64,000 nucleotides of DNA from the human T2T-CHM13v2.0 reference genome, Homo sapiens. The stretch is taken from the NCBI RefSeq assembly GCF_009914755.1, contig NC_060941.1; one strand, given 5' to 3'. Numbering within the stretch: the first letter of the stretch is position 1; the number at the start of each line of letters is the position of its first letter. Shown piece after piece: positions 1 through 17,133 of this stretch. Under the pieces are notes generated by a model, which made no database searches, had not been told where the DNA came from, and worked only from the letters and a program-made list of their open reading frames with translations. A program made the position numbers and the translations under genes.

Positions 1-164
1 ATTTATAAATTTCTGACGGTTGTGTTAGATCAATTCTTTTTTTAACAAGCTACACAAATAATGATCATGGTGTTACAGAAACCACTCCCTTGGGCTGGGC
101 TTGAGACTCGGAAAAGCCCCAGCTTTCCTGATTTTATAAGAAGGAAACCTCTTTTATGAACAGA

Positions 165-202
165 ACACTAACTTTACTATTTTCACACTAACTTTACTAT
201 TT
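165..202. repeat. 20-bp tandem duplication (acactaactttactatttt(c))x2
   Basis: Read directly from the sequence. Confidence 0.9.
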
Positions 203-399
203 GCTTTTCCACTCCAGAAAGCTATTAATTGGTGACATGGAGATTATTATAAGGCTAACCTTGAATGTGCTTTAATTAATTTAAAAAATATATGTTTTGA
301 TTATGAAATGGTAGATGAAGGTGATAGACATCCAATGAGGAGAATAATGACCACAGAGAGAATGTGACCTTCCAAATGACATAGCATCTTTGCAAATCA

Positions 400-1040
400 T
401 CTTGTGAAAAAAAAAATCCTCAAAGTCAAAGGAAGCTGGGAAGTTCTTCTAGATGGCTAAGGGTTTGTTGAGCTGACACTGGATGAGTTAGAAGATGAAA
501 GAAGCTAAAACTGAACCTTAGAAAGGAAAGAGTAATGTGAAAACCTCTGGCCCATCTTCAGAAAACTTGCAACATATACAACCTCTTTTGAAAACAGAAA
601 GTCACAGGCCAATAGCTATATAAATTCCACATTAAAAGAAGGCTATGCAGATGAAAGTCTGATTGCCAAATGGAACAGAGAAGGTTATGCGGACCTGTGC
701 TGCCTATGATATATTCAAGGTGCCAACTCTGGAACCCACTTCATTTGCTGGGCTTGAAGCTGCATGAGGGAGTGATCATCAAGGGTCTTCAGTGTGGCTG
801 CAGGGGTAGCTCTGGCTGAGGCTGCTCTGAGCCCAATTCCCATCCTGCCCCAGACCTTGGACTTTAATGATGGCTGCTTTTTCACTTGCACCTGCCACCC
901 CATTTCCTGGTAGGTTCTTCTCTGTATAGCAGGAACCTAAGTCAGAGTTAAAGCATAGTCTCTATAGTTGATGGCTTTGGTTTTCATCAAGTGCAATTAT
1001 TTGTAATTTTAAAAAATAAATCCCTTAAACCTCAAAAAAA
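400..1040 (+). pseudogene. BUD31: Processed pseudogene of BUD31 (G10 splicing factor): degraded CDS ~416-819, 3'UTR and poly(A) remnant
   Basis: 638-709 translates EGYADESLIAKWNREGYADLCCL*, versus BUD31 [24 protein letters not shown]. 793-819 gives CGCRGSSG*, versus CGCRGCSG*. The 5' part retains KVK.S...DG, TLDEL and WPIFR. No introns, with stops and frameshifts. AATAAA at 1015-1020 and A7 at 1034-1040. Confidence 0.92.
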
Positions 1041-3074
1041 GTAATTTGGATACACTTGTACTTTGCTTGTAATATGTCCTCTAGAGTAAGACATGTTTCC
1101 GAACTCATTCTAAGAACTATACTGTTGGCTTCAACTTTTACCAACAGTCTCACCTAAACTTATTTCTTTTCCTATTATGTCTGAGGAAAAGGTTAACATC
1201 TACTTGTCAGACAAGTAGCAGTTTACAACAACTCCGGAGGAGGAAAAAAAATGCCTTAAATTGTCAGTTCCAAGAACCTCATTGGACTATACTTTTTCAA
1301 AGGATGGAGTCTTAGGAAGAATGTAAATAAGTCTGTATCTTCTTTTGCCCAAGAGCTTTCTAAAGAAAACTCAGCTTTAGGGTTTTGTTTCTCTTGTGTC
1401 TCTTTCCTTCTTTGGCAGAAATCCTTGGATAAAGATTCTGACATCCTTTTCTCTTTCTCTTGTGCTCTTCTTTGTTCCCTCTGGATTTTCCCCACAAAGC
1501 CTGGAGCCCAGAAGCTTTGGAAGCTGCCCCTTCTATTACAAAGTTGTGTGGCATAAAGCCTATATCATCTCTGCTCTAGGCATTTGTAAACTCTCTTATA
1601 TTATTTTGCTTGTCTCTTCTCCCTGGCTACAGGTTCTGCTTGGACCACTTTTTCCTTTCATCAGAATTTTATGACAGAGCGGCTTAGAATTCAGGCATGA
1701 GTTTATAGAGACAGAAACAAAGGGGGTTCAATCTGTTTGGCTTCAAGGTTTCAGGCTCATCTTTAGCCAAGCAAAAAATATTACATAAGGACAAGTCCAG
1801 CCAAACAGGCTGCTGTGCTGAGCTTTTGAATCAAAGCCTCATAGTAATCAAATGACAGCACTTACCTGTGTTTTACCCAAGTCACATCTTTGCCCTTGCT
1901 GTGATTCTAGTTGTCAAGTTAGATAATAAATAACTTGAACATGATTTTAGACTATCGTGAACGAACTAGTAGAGGAAGAGAGGATACAAAATCAGAAAAT
2001 AGAGGGAATGATAATGAAGCCAGGTCCCTTTATTTTTCTTGTCCATTAATTTTCCTTGAGGTGTAATGAAGAGAGTTAGTGTTAAGTGAACAGCCAAGAA
2101 CATAATTGGGAGATTCAGAATTCAGTGCTCAAGTCTTTCCCTAAGCACATTTTATTCCCAACGCTGCGTGATATCAATTCTACTTTTGCTCCAGGTTTAA
2201 TTCCATCCCACAAAGAGGAACTCAGTTTCATCAATATTTCCCATATTTTCTGATTCTTCATTCTCTTGTCCTCCACTAACTTCTTCCCTTCATCCTATAA
2301 ACATGTTCAAATTACTCATTATCTTAAAATGGCAATGACAAGGATAAAGATGTGAGTTCAGTAATACTGGAACATGTATTCGGCTAAAGCGACTCGTGGA
2401 CATGACAGTTCAGGCTGCATGGCAACTTGGGAAATCAACAGAAAGAAGTGAGGAATAAGTCATGGATATTCAGAAAACTGAATGTGTGAATTAATGGCAT
2501 GCATTTGAATCTTCTTTGTAAGCAGAGCCAAGTGCATGCTGTTCATAGTGGTTTTGGAATTTTGGTATCCAAAACTACAGAGTCAGGATGGGCCCAAACT
2601 CCAGAGAGCTATGGGTGCTCTTGATGATGAGGTTTAGTTATGTGGGGGCTTGGTAGGAGCAGAAACCACAGTTATTCTGCAGTGGGAAGGTGTTGAGGAG
2701 CTTATGGAATATGAAGTGATCATTTAGGAGGTGGCAGCACTTGAAGTATTCTACGAATTCTCTGTGTAAACTCTGAAGTAGGAGAGGGAAACCAAAGCTT
2801 AGGGGACTTTAAATAGGCTCATCTAAAAGTAGGACCCAGCTAGGAGCCCCAGTCCAAGATCAAAATGTTAGGGCCAGCTCTGAAAGTAGAATATCTCCTA
2901 GAATATGGCTATAAATCTTTTTCTGAAGGAGAAATATGGCAAGGTAACTAGATTAGCCTTATTTAACACAACTGTACTAAAACAACTATTTACCTCACAG
3001 AATTTTGAATCAGTATACTAAAGGGTGAGACTTGAACATAATATGTGCATTGTTTTAATTTTTTTTTAAATTAT

Positions 3075-3400
3075 ATTACTTGACTTCAAATTTTACAAGG
3101 CTATAGTAACCTAAACAGCATAGTATTGGCATAAAAATACACACACAAATGAATGGAATAGTATAGAGAACCTGGAAATAAAGCCACATACCTAAAGTCA
3201 ACTGACCTTCAACAAAGTTGACAAAGACAAAAACATATACTGGGGGAACAGACACCCTATAAATAGTGCTAGGGAAATTGGATAGTCATATGCAGAAGAA
3301 TAAAACTGGGTCCCTATCACTCACCATATATAAGTACTAACTCATGATGGATTAAAGACTTAAATATAAGACTGGAAACTATTAAAAAATACTAGAATAC
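3075..3400 (+). mobile_element. Old L1 (L1M/L1PB-like) ORF2 fragment
   Basis: gacttcaaa..tacaaggctatagtaacc.aaacagca...tggattaaagacttaaat is the L1 ORF2 3' region, heavily diverged. Confidence 0.8.
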
Positions 3401-3404
3401 ATGC

Positions 3405-8470
<5,066 letters not shown>

Positions 8471-9399
8471 AAAGATTCACCTGAAGATCTTCATTTGTGT
8501 CTGGCTTGAATTCTGTTTGGCGATTGTGAGCACCCTGCAGTATCTTCAAAGGAAAGAAGGAAGTTTGAGTCCGAAGTTTATAGTTTGCATACCCCCTTGG
8601 ATGAATGGAATTCAGTCATGTTGCCAGAAAGTACTGAGTTTAATCTAAAATATTTGTCTCACATAGCTATTTAGTAAGGAGGTAAATCGAGACAAATCAA
8701 AACAACAACTAGAAGAACAAAGACAATGAAATGGGAGGGACTTCAACGTTTCTGCTTGAACAATGACATGGCAGAGAAGGTGAAATATTTGGTTTTGGAT
8801 CTTGCTTGAGAAAATACAATAAGAATAATAACCCTGTAAATACTCTGCCTTGCAGACGCTTGGGAGTTCAGTCAGAGAGTTCTCAAAGTTCTTCCAGATA
8901 CCCACAAACAAAGGTATTGGCCTACTGCAGACACCAAAGCCTTGTCATTTCTACATGTGACAGCAGGATGGCAAGTTTGGTGGGTGGAGGTGCTTTCAAG
9001 GCAGTGGGATTTCAGAACCTACTGGTGACTGGTCTTTTGAGAATTAGGGTGCTTTTGGCAGAGTAGTTAAAAACAACAACTCAAAGCCCTGGAAAAGACA
9101 GGGTTTATTACATTTGGCATTGGTTTAGCTTTCCAGTGGATGCCCGTCTTCTGTTCTTCTGTGTCTGGGATATTAAATACTATCAGAGAAAAATCCTTCT
9201 GCTAGCCTGATTGATGCCTTTACAAATGCATGGATTTTAAAGTTGGTTAGACCCCTTGACAATCTGTTAATTCATCTCTAATTGTCTTTCATTTCTCTTT
9301 CTCACAACACTCTATCAGAATAATTTCCCCTATGAAATTCAATGTGTTTTGAAAACACCATTTCATAAAGGACATTTTTATTTTTCTATTCTATCATGC

Positions 9400-10545
9400 G
9401 GTTGTGTTTACATGTATTTAAACATTCTATTATTGTTATGTATGAAGGTTGTTTCCAGCTTTAAGCTGTTATGAATAGTGTTTCCATGGATATTTTTGTA
9501 CTAAATCTTTAACAAATCTCCTATTATTTCCTTACAATAGATTCCTACGTGTAGAATTACTAAGTAAAAGAGTATAATATTTAAATATGTGAATCTACAT
9601 ATGTATACATATGACATAAATAACAATGTTTATTATAGAAAAACATATTAATATGGACAAGCAAATATCCATAATTCTTAGACTTAAAGATTCATGCAGT
9701 TAATATTTTGCCATATAATCTTTTAGAAATGTTTTATGCATACATTGTCATAAAGTCTTTGAAGGGCCCATTATACTTCTTGCCAAATTGCTGCCCAGAG
9801 GAACATGTAAATATATACTCCTACTTGCCATATATGATTACCTTGATTATCATAATTTAAAAAATCAATATGTTGGGAAATAATATCTCATTGTTATTTA
9901 ATTAGAATTTATATAATCTAATAAGGTTGATTAACATTTTTCACATTGACACTTTTGTTTTTTTGTGAATTAATTTACTATTTATTTATCTTCCTTTATT
10001 CCTTCCTTGGAGGGTACAGTTGTTTAAAAATATAAAAAAATTCAAAGAAGAAAATGACAGTCACTCAAATACTCATCACACAGAATTAACCACTGCTTTT
10101 ATTTTGGCAAAATTGCTCTCAGTATTTTAAATGTTTGTAAGTTGGTTCATTTATACAAGTAATATAGGAAAACATTCTATCCTATCCCTTTTAATAAAAA
10201 AGAACATTGTACATCAAGCTAGAGTGTCCCAACTTTGATCCTTCCATTTTTATTTATACTTCTTCTGCAAATTAAAAACTAACATGAGTTTGAGAAGGAA
10301 ACTTCTAAAAATTATACATACATACCCACATATGGATACAAATGCATCTACAAAAAGTATATAGTCTTGTGTCTGCATTGTTCTTCAAATCTTTACTTCT
10401 TCAGTCAACATGTTTTTGAAATTCCATATTGATAATATTGAGCCCCTTCATTCCTATCTGGATTCATAGTGTCTGTACATACAGATTTGTTTATCCTTTC
10501 TCTTATTGTTGGACACCGAGTATATTGAGTTTGCACAATTATTTT
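9400..10545 (-). mobile_element. Ancient L1ME-like fragments
   Basis: Degenerate antisense L1 3'-region motifs (ttgtttccag...gctgttatgaatagtg; tgccaaattgctg). Similar sequence resumes at ~11620-11940. Confidence 0.5.
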
Positions 10546-10566
10546 AAAAGGAGTTTCAGTTCTAGT

Positions 10567-10708
10567 ACAAAGGGCTAATACCCAGAATCTACAAAGAACT
10601 CAAATAAATTTACAAGAAAAAAACAAACAACCCCATCAAAAAGTGGGTGAAGGATATGAACAGACACTTCTCAAAAGAAGAGACACACGAAAAAATGCTC
10701 ATCATCAC
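10567..10708 (+). mobile_element. Short internal L1PA ORF2 fragment with no 3'UTR, poly(A) or TSD
   Basis: acaaagggctaatacccagaatctacaaagaactc...gctcatcatcac closely matches the L1PA sequence at ~7569-7724 of this window. Confidence 0.88.
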
Positions 10709-10919
10709 AGCATCTACTTTTTACACCTATGGGAACTTGGAATTGGAGGGCACTGTCAGTGTCCCGAACCTCTGTGGCTGCCCATCTAAGCCACCTCTCC
10801 TTTATGTTTGTTCCCTGGTACCTGTAGCATGGTATCTCTGGTGACTCACCAAAAATCTAAGCAGAGATAAAATGTCAGTCTCTTTTTCTTGTTTAGATAT
10901 CTCTGAACTATTCCTAGGG

Positions 10920-11296
10920 TATATTAGTCTGTTCTCATGCTGCTAATAAAGACATACCCAAGACTGGGTAATTTATAAAGGGAGGTTTTTTTAATTGACT
11001 CACACAGTTCCACATGGCTGGGGAGGCCTCACAATCATAGTGGAAGGTGAATGAGGAGCAAAGTGACGTCTTACATGACGGCAGGCAAGAGAGAAATGCA
11101 GAATGAAAGAGGGTGAAACTCCCCTTATAAAACCATCAGATCTCATAAGCACTCACTCACTATCACAAGAAGAACATGGAGGTAACAGCGCCTATGATCC
11201 AGTTACCTCCCACTGAGTCCCTTCCATGAAACATGGGGATTACGGGAACTACAGTTCAAGTTGAGATTTGGGTGGGGACACAGCCAAACCATATCA
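10920..11296 (-). mobile_element. Solo THE1C/THE1D-like LTR (ERVL-MaLR)
   Basis: Begins tatattagtctgttctcatgctgctaataaagacatacc and ends gggacacagccaaaccatatca, the reverse of the THE1 start. Confidence 0.9.
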
Positions 11297-11619
11297 CAGG
11301 AGTTCTCCTGGCCCTTACTTTCCTGGCTGTGGGAATTGGAAGAACCTCTCCCAGAAACTTTTATCTTCCTCCCAGTTCTGCTCCCTGGGGTAGGAATGGA
11401 GGAGGGTGGTGGTCATGTGTTAGTTCTACTGAAATGTTGCCTGTGGGCAGGCTCCAGGGGAAAGGGTTGTCCCCCTATATGGGACAGTTTTCTGTACTTA
11501 AAGAATGTGAGGCCCTTAATGCCTTTGTTCCTAGCTGTATATTATAGTTAGTTCTAGAAAAAAGGAAAAAATCTCATTTTGTACCTTGTATCATCTTTTT
11601 ACAATTGTTTCTAAGTTTT

Positions 11620-11940
11620 TATTGTTCCACACAATGCTGTTCTGAATATACTATGCCAACCTTCTTGTACACACGAGTATTTATAATGAAGATATCTAGA
11701 AGAGGATCTGCTGAGTCATAAGGTGTGCACATTTTCTGTTTTAATAGATACTGCCAAATTGCCTTCCAAAGTGACTCTACCAATTCACACTCTCATAACA
11801 CGGCAAGAAATTACTTCCCCTAAACCTTATCATTTTTGACATTAAAGGCTTTTTATCTTATGTGTGAAAAATAGTATCTCACTTTTAATTTGCTTTTTCC
11901 CGATTTTTATGTAACAATGAGTACTTTTTCATTGGCTCCT
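11620..11940 (-). mobile_element. Ancient L1ME-like fragment
   Basis: gctgagtcataaggtgtgcacattt...tagatactgccaaattgccttccaaag is an L1ME antisense motif. Confidence 0.6.
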
Positions 11941-12059
11941 TCTTTTTTTCTCCTCTTGCGATGTTTATCTTTTTACATATGTGTATGAGATCTTTTTAGA
12001 GAATGTCAATGCTTTGTCATAGTATATTTCACTACCATTTTCCCCACCAATTATTAGTA

Positions 12060-14872
12060 GTTCTTTAGTCAGAATGACCTTTCTAAAACTTAAATCTAAT
12101 ACAACACACCTCTGCTTACAATTTGATGTTTCCAATTTTCCTGAAGATAAAATTTAAACTCTTTAACAAACTCCTTTAGGATATATCTTCTATATACTTG
12201 TTCAGCTCATCAATTATCATTGCCTGCCTTATACTGTATGTGTTCCACGCATACTGAACTATCTATGGTGATATGGTTTGGCTGTGTCCCCACTGAAATC
12301 TCAACTTGTATTTTATCTCCCAGAATTCCCATGTGTTGTGGGAGGAACCCAGGGGGAGATAATTGAATCATGAGGGCCAGTCTTTCCCCATGTTATTCTT
12401 GTGACAGTGAATAAGTCTCATGAGATCTGATGGGTTTATCAGGGGTTTCTGCTTTTGCTTCTTCCTCATTTTCTCTTGCCGCCACCATGTAAGAAATGCC
12501 TGTCACCTCCTGCCATGATTCTGAGGCCTTCCCCAGCCATGTGGAACTGCAAGTCCAATTAAACCTCTCTTCCTTCCCAGTCTCAGGTATGTCTTTATCA
12601 GCAGCATGAAAATGGACTAATACAGTAAATTGGTGCTGGGAGTGGGATGTTGCTGAAAAGATACCCAAAAATGTGGAAGTGACTTTGGAACTGGGTAACA
12701 GGCAGTGATTGGAACAGTTTGGAGGGCTCAGAAGACAGGAACATGTTGAAAAGTTTGTAACTTCCTAGAGACTTGTTGAATGGCTTTGATGAAAATACTG
12801 ATAGAGACATGAACAAAGTTCAGGCTGAGGTGGTCTCAGATGGAGATGAAGAACTTGTTGGGAACTTGAACAAAGGTGACTCTTGTTATGTTTTAGCAAA
12901 GAGACTGGTGGCATTTTGCCCCTGCCCTGGAGATATGTGCAACTTTGAACTTCAGGGAGATGATTTAGGGTATTTGGCAGAAAAGACTTCTGAACAGCAA
13001 AGCATTCAAGAGGCAACTTGGGTGCTGTTAAAAACATTCCGTTTTAAAAGGGAAACAGAGGATAAGAGTTTGGAAAATTTGCAGACTGACAATGTGATAG
13101 AAAACAAAAAAAAAAAACATATTTTCTGTGGAGAAACTCTAGCTGGCTGCAGGAATTTGCATAAGTAGCAAGGAGCCTAATGTTAATCCCCAAGACCATA
13201 TGGAAAATGTCTCTAGACCATGTCAGAGACCTTCATGGCAGCCCCTCCCGTCACAGGTCTGGAGGCCTAGGAGGAAAAAGTGGTTTTGTGGGCCAGGCCC
13301 AGGGTCCCCCTGCTGTGTGCAGCCTAGCGACTTGGTGCCCTGTGTCCCAACTCCTCCAGCTGTGGCTGAAAAAGGCCAGTGTACAGCTTGGGCTGTGGCT
13401 GCAGAGGGTGGAAGCCCTAAGCCTTGGCAGCTTCCACGTGGTATTGAGCCTGTGGGTGCACAGATGTCAAGAATTGAGGTTTTGGAACCTCTGCCAAGAT
13501 TTCAGAAGATGTATGGAAATGCCTGGATGGATGCCGAGGCAAAAGTTTGCTGCAGAGGCGGTGCCCTCATGGAGAACCTCTGCTAGGGCAGTGAGGAAAG
13601 GAAATGTGGGGTCAGAGCCCCCTCACAGAATCCCTACTGGGGCACTGCCTACTGGAGCTGTGAGATGAGGGCCACAGTCCTCCAGAACCCCGAACGGTGG
13701 ATCCACTGACAGCTTGCACTGTGCGTCTTGAAAAGCTGTGGACACTCAATGCCAGCCCATGAAAGCAGCCGGGAGTGAGACTGTGCCCTGCAAAGCTACA
13801 GGGGTGGAGACGCCCAAGACCATGGGAACCTACCTGTTGCATCAGTGTGACCTGGATGTGAGACCTGGAGTCAAAGGAGATCATTTTGGAGCTTTAAAAT
13901 TAATTGCCCCACTGGATTTCAGACTTGCATGGTCCCTGTATCCCCTTAGTTTTGGCCAATTTCTCCCATTTGGAACTGTTGTATTTATCCAATACCTGTA
14001 ACCCCATTGTATCTAGGAAGTAACTAGTTTGCTTTTGATTTTACAGGCTCATAGGTGGAAGGGACTTGCCTTGTCTCAGATGAGCCTTTGGACTATGGAA
14101 TTTGAGTTAATGCTGAAATGAGTTAAGACTTTGGAGGACTGTTGGCAAGGCACGATTGGTTTTGAAATGTGAGGACATGAGATTTGGAGGGGTCAGGGTT
14201 GGAATCATATGGTTTGGCTGTGTCCCCACCAAAATCTCAACTTGACTTGTTTCTCCCAGAATTCCCATGAGTTGTGGGACGGACCTGGGGTGGGGGTAAT
14301 TGAATCATGGGGGCCAGTTTTTCCCATGCTATTCTCATCATAGTGAATAAATCTCATGAGATCTGATGGGTTTATCAGGGGTTTCTGCTTTTGCTTCTTA
14401 CTCATTTTCTCTTGCCACCACCATGTAAGAAGTGCCTTTCACCTCCTGCCATGATTCTGAGGCCTTCCCCAGCCATGTGGAACTGCAAGTCCAATTAAAC
14501 CTCTTTTCCTTCCCAGTCTCGGGAATGTCTTTATCAGCAGTGTGAAAACTGGCTAATCAATATTCTATCCCTTCTCATGCCTCCCTACGTTGACACATAT
14601 TTCACCTGTTGTCTCTGAAATGGCCCTTTACCCCTTTGACTTCTATTCTTTTTTGAAGACTATACTCATGCACCATCTTCTCTAGGGACTCTTCTCTGTG
14701 TGAGCAGAATATCTTCCACATAAGCATTTAATAATTTGTATCTGACAATTGCATGATCTCTTTTTAGGCAGGACTTATAGTTTAATAATTAATAATTCTT
14801 GATTTTCTGATATTTAGCATAGTGCCTTGCACATTGTATAATCTAATAGAAAATATTCAAATGAATGAATGA
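12060..14872 (+). mobile_element. L2 fragment split by THE1A (pieces ~12060-12265 and ~14560-14872)
   Basis: cagaatgacctttctaaaacttaaatct, and the L2 3' end tagcatagtgccttgcacatt...aatgaatgaatgaa. Confidence 0.65.
12269..14559 (+). mobile_element. Full-length THE1A MaLR: 5'LTR 12269-12624, internal 12625-14204, 3'LTR 14205-14559
   Basis: Two ~355-bp direct repeats, t(g/c)atatggtttggctgtgtcccc...ctaat(a)ca, with the THE1A-type gggtttatcaggggtttctgcttttgcttc. The ~1.6-kb internal region starts gtaaattggtgc and has a purine-rich tract before the 3'LTR. Confidence 0.95.
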
Positions 14873-16097
14873 AGCTAAGACATAGAAATCATATTCAGCA
14901 AGTCATTAACTATCTGAAGGAAAATACACATTTATTTGAAGTAGTTGAGGAAATAATGTAATTATGCCTTAAAAAGTAAAATTAGTAATTGGGCAATCTG
15001 AGGGAACAGATTAAAAATTGAGACATAGGTTATGCAAGGATTAGTGATTCAAGAAAGGAATTGGTTAATGAGATGGTGCTTTACAGTGGAATTTTCTCCT
15101 AGTATGTAAGCAAACAGGTATCAAAAACCAAAGGGAACATGATGATTTTTAGTGGAGGATTCAAAAAAAAAGGTAGCTGAAAACTGGTTAGGCAGTTTAA
15201 GGCAATTACACTTCTTATCCACATTAAGCAGATATAAATGGGCTAAAGATGAGAATGAAAGCAGAAGTTGTAAAGGGGATTTTGAGGAAGGCCACTGAAG
15301 TACATTGAGTTCTCCTACTCATCTCAAGGGAAAAGGGAATTTATGGCTGCTTTTTACCTTGAGCCTATGAGAAGGATTTCACTGGGGCCACTCAGAGTTG
15401 ATGTACACACTAGTGTCTAATTTCTGCCTGAGAATAGAGTAAGACATAGTCTGAGTAGCTGCAGACAAAAGAGGCCTAGGCATGGCTACACTAGGAGGAC
15501 TGTGCACCCAACATTCACTAGGGGGAAAGGAAGCATGACCATTTCTCATGGACCAGTGATAGACCAGGTATAAGATAGAGCTGTGTATGAGCCAGAGGGT
15601 TGCCTGAAGAGGCAAAGCAATATCTGCAGAGATAAACCAAAGAGCCTGATTTTCAGCACCTGAGAATGGAGCGAGTGACCAAACTCACTAGAACAGAGAT
15701 CAGAGGAACTGCAGGTGAACACTCCTGAGCATGGCTCCAGGTTCTGTGGGAGCATCAAAGGAAGCATCACTCTAAACATTCGCCAGGTCCAGAAAAAGCC
15801 ATTATTGATGTAAGGACTTTCCTTAACCTTTTTTTCCTCTTTATTTCTCATGTTTCAACCCAGAGTGGCCAGAAACTAACAAAATGCAGCTAAAAGGTGG
15901 AACAATGGTGAGTAAGGAGAAAAGAAGCCACCTATACCTTCTTCCTTCACTACAGGCTTCTTTTAACAATAGTTCAGAGCTGGCAGGGAGGTGTGGGGGA
16001 GTGGAGAGGCAGCAGATGCCTTACTTTTGAGGCTGTTTGGAGTACTGAACATATGTAGAATGGGACATATCAATTCTTAAATTGAAAGTAAATTAAG

Positions 16098-16380
16098 TAT
16101 ACATGTGCCATGCTGGTGTGCTGCACCCATGAACTCGTCATTTAACATTAGGTATACCTCATGTACACATATGTAACTAACCTGCATGTTGTGCACATGT
16201 TCCCTAAAATTTAAAGTATAATAATAAAAAAAAAAGAGCTTATTTCGAAGCACTCTTGTGAGATGTAAGTGTAAAGTCACACAGTTCCTGACAAAGTAAA
16301 TGTTTGCTGTTATTAAGCAGGAGTGAGGGAGCAGACAAATACAATAAATAATTATAATCTAGTAGGATTAACAAAAAAAA
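16098..16380 (+). mobile_element. Short L1PA3/4-like insertion: 5' inversion (16098-~16159), sense 3' end and poly(A) (~16160-16235), 3' transduction (16236-16372), second poly(A)
   Basis: Perfect 14-bp TSD gaaagtaaattaag at 16084-16097 and 16381-16394. AATAAA at 16343-16348 precedes A8 at 16373-16380. Confidence 0.92.
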
Positions 16381-17133
16381 GAAAGTAAATTAAGAATTAT
16401 CATGCATATAAAAGAGTGAGCCTGAATTTTCTATAGGAACAGAAAAAGGCAGAGCCTCACTAAACAAATGGGTAGGGATGGTGACAGATAAAATAAAATG
16501 GCTTTCTGATTTTGTTCCATGAATCATGATTGTTCAGTGTGCTGACTACATTTCACTCAGAGCCTGGTGAATACTTGCAGTGAAGTGGCAGCTACTTCAG
16601 GGCTCTATGCCAGGGTAAACTATTTTAATAATTTATGTGTTAAATCAGTTCTATTATATTTTACAGACGTGTAGATTCCACTTGAGCGTTTCCCTAGATA
16701 TCAATGCTTGGATTCCTCATTTTTTGCCTCTGTCTTCTGGACCTCTTTGGCCCAGTTTAGTAAGTGAGGAGGTGCACATATAATGAGGCTCACTCAGATA
16801 AGCTGGGATAGATTTAAATACTATTCATTCTGGCCTCCTGGATAGAATCAATACTATTGATCAGAGTGGCTGAGTTGGCCAGACAGCTGCTACCCCAAGA
16901 AAAGGATCTCATCAGTCTGCTGCTGAAAACTCTCAGAAGAAATGGAAACTTTTGCAGAGGATTTTAGAGAATTCTCTGTGCAGTCAGGTAAGCAAATTTA
17001 TAGAAGTGAGGTATGGATGTTTGCTCTGTTTTTAGCATTGACTCTGATATTAGGGATATTGTGTGTTCCATTAATTATAAGAGTAACACTTATTTCCAAA
17101 AGAAAGGAACGTTGCTCTTTATTTATAGGCCAG

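Noticed and set aside
715-903. 62-aa minus-strand ORF
   Set aside because: It is an antisense reading of the BUD31 pseudogene, with no independent support.
12773-14001. ORFs of 131, 162 and 128 aa
   Set aside because: They lie within the THE1A internal region and are frameshifted MaLR remnants or chance ORFs.
15370-16500. Possible ancient LTR (Gypsy-like) hosting the L1 transduction; similar unassigned stretches at ~2330-3050 and ~26910-27290
   Set aside because: The composition is suggestive, but I could not identify termini or a confident family match without a Dfam search.
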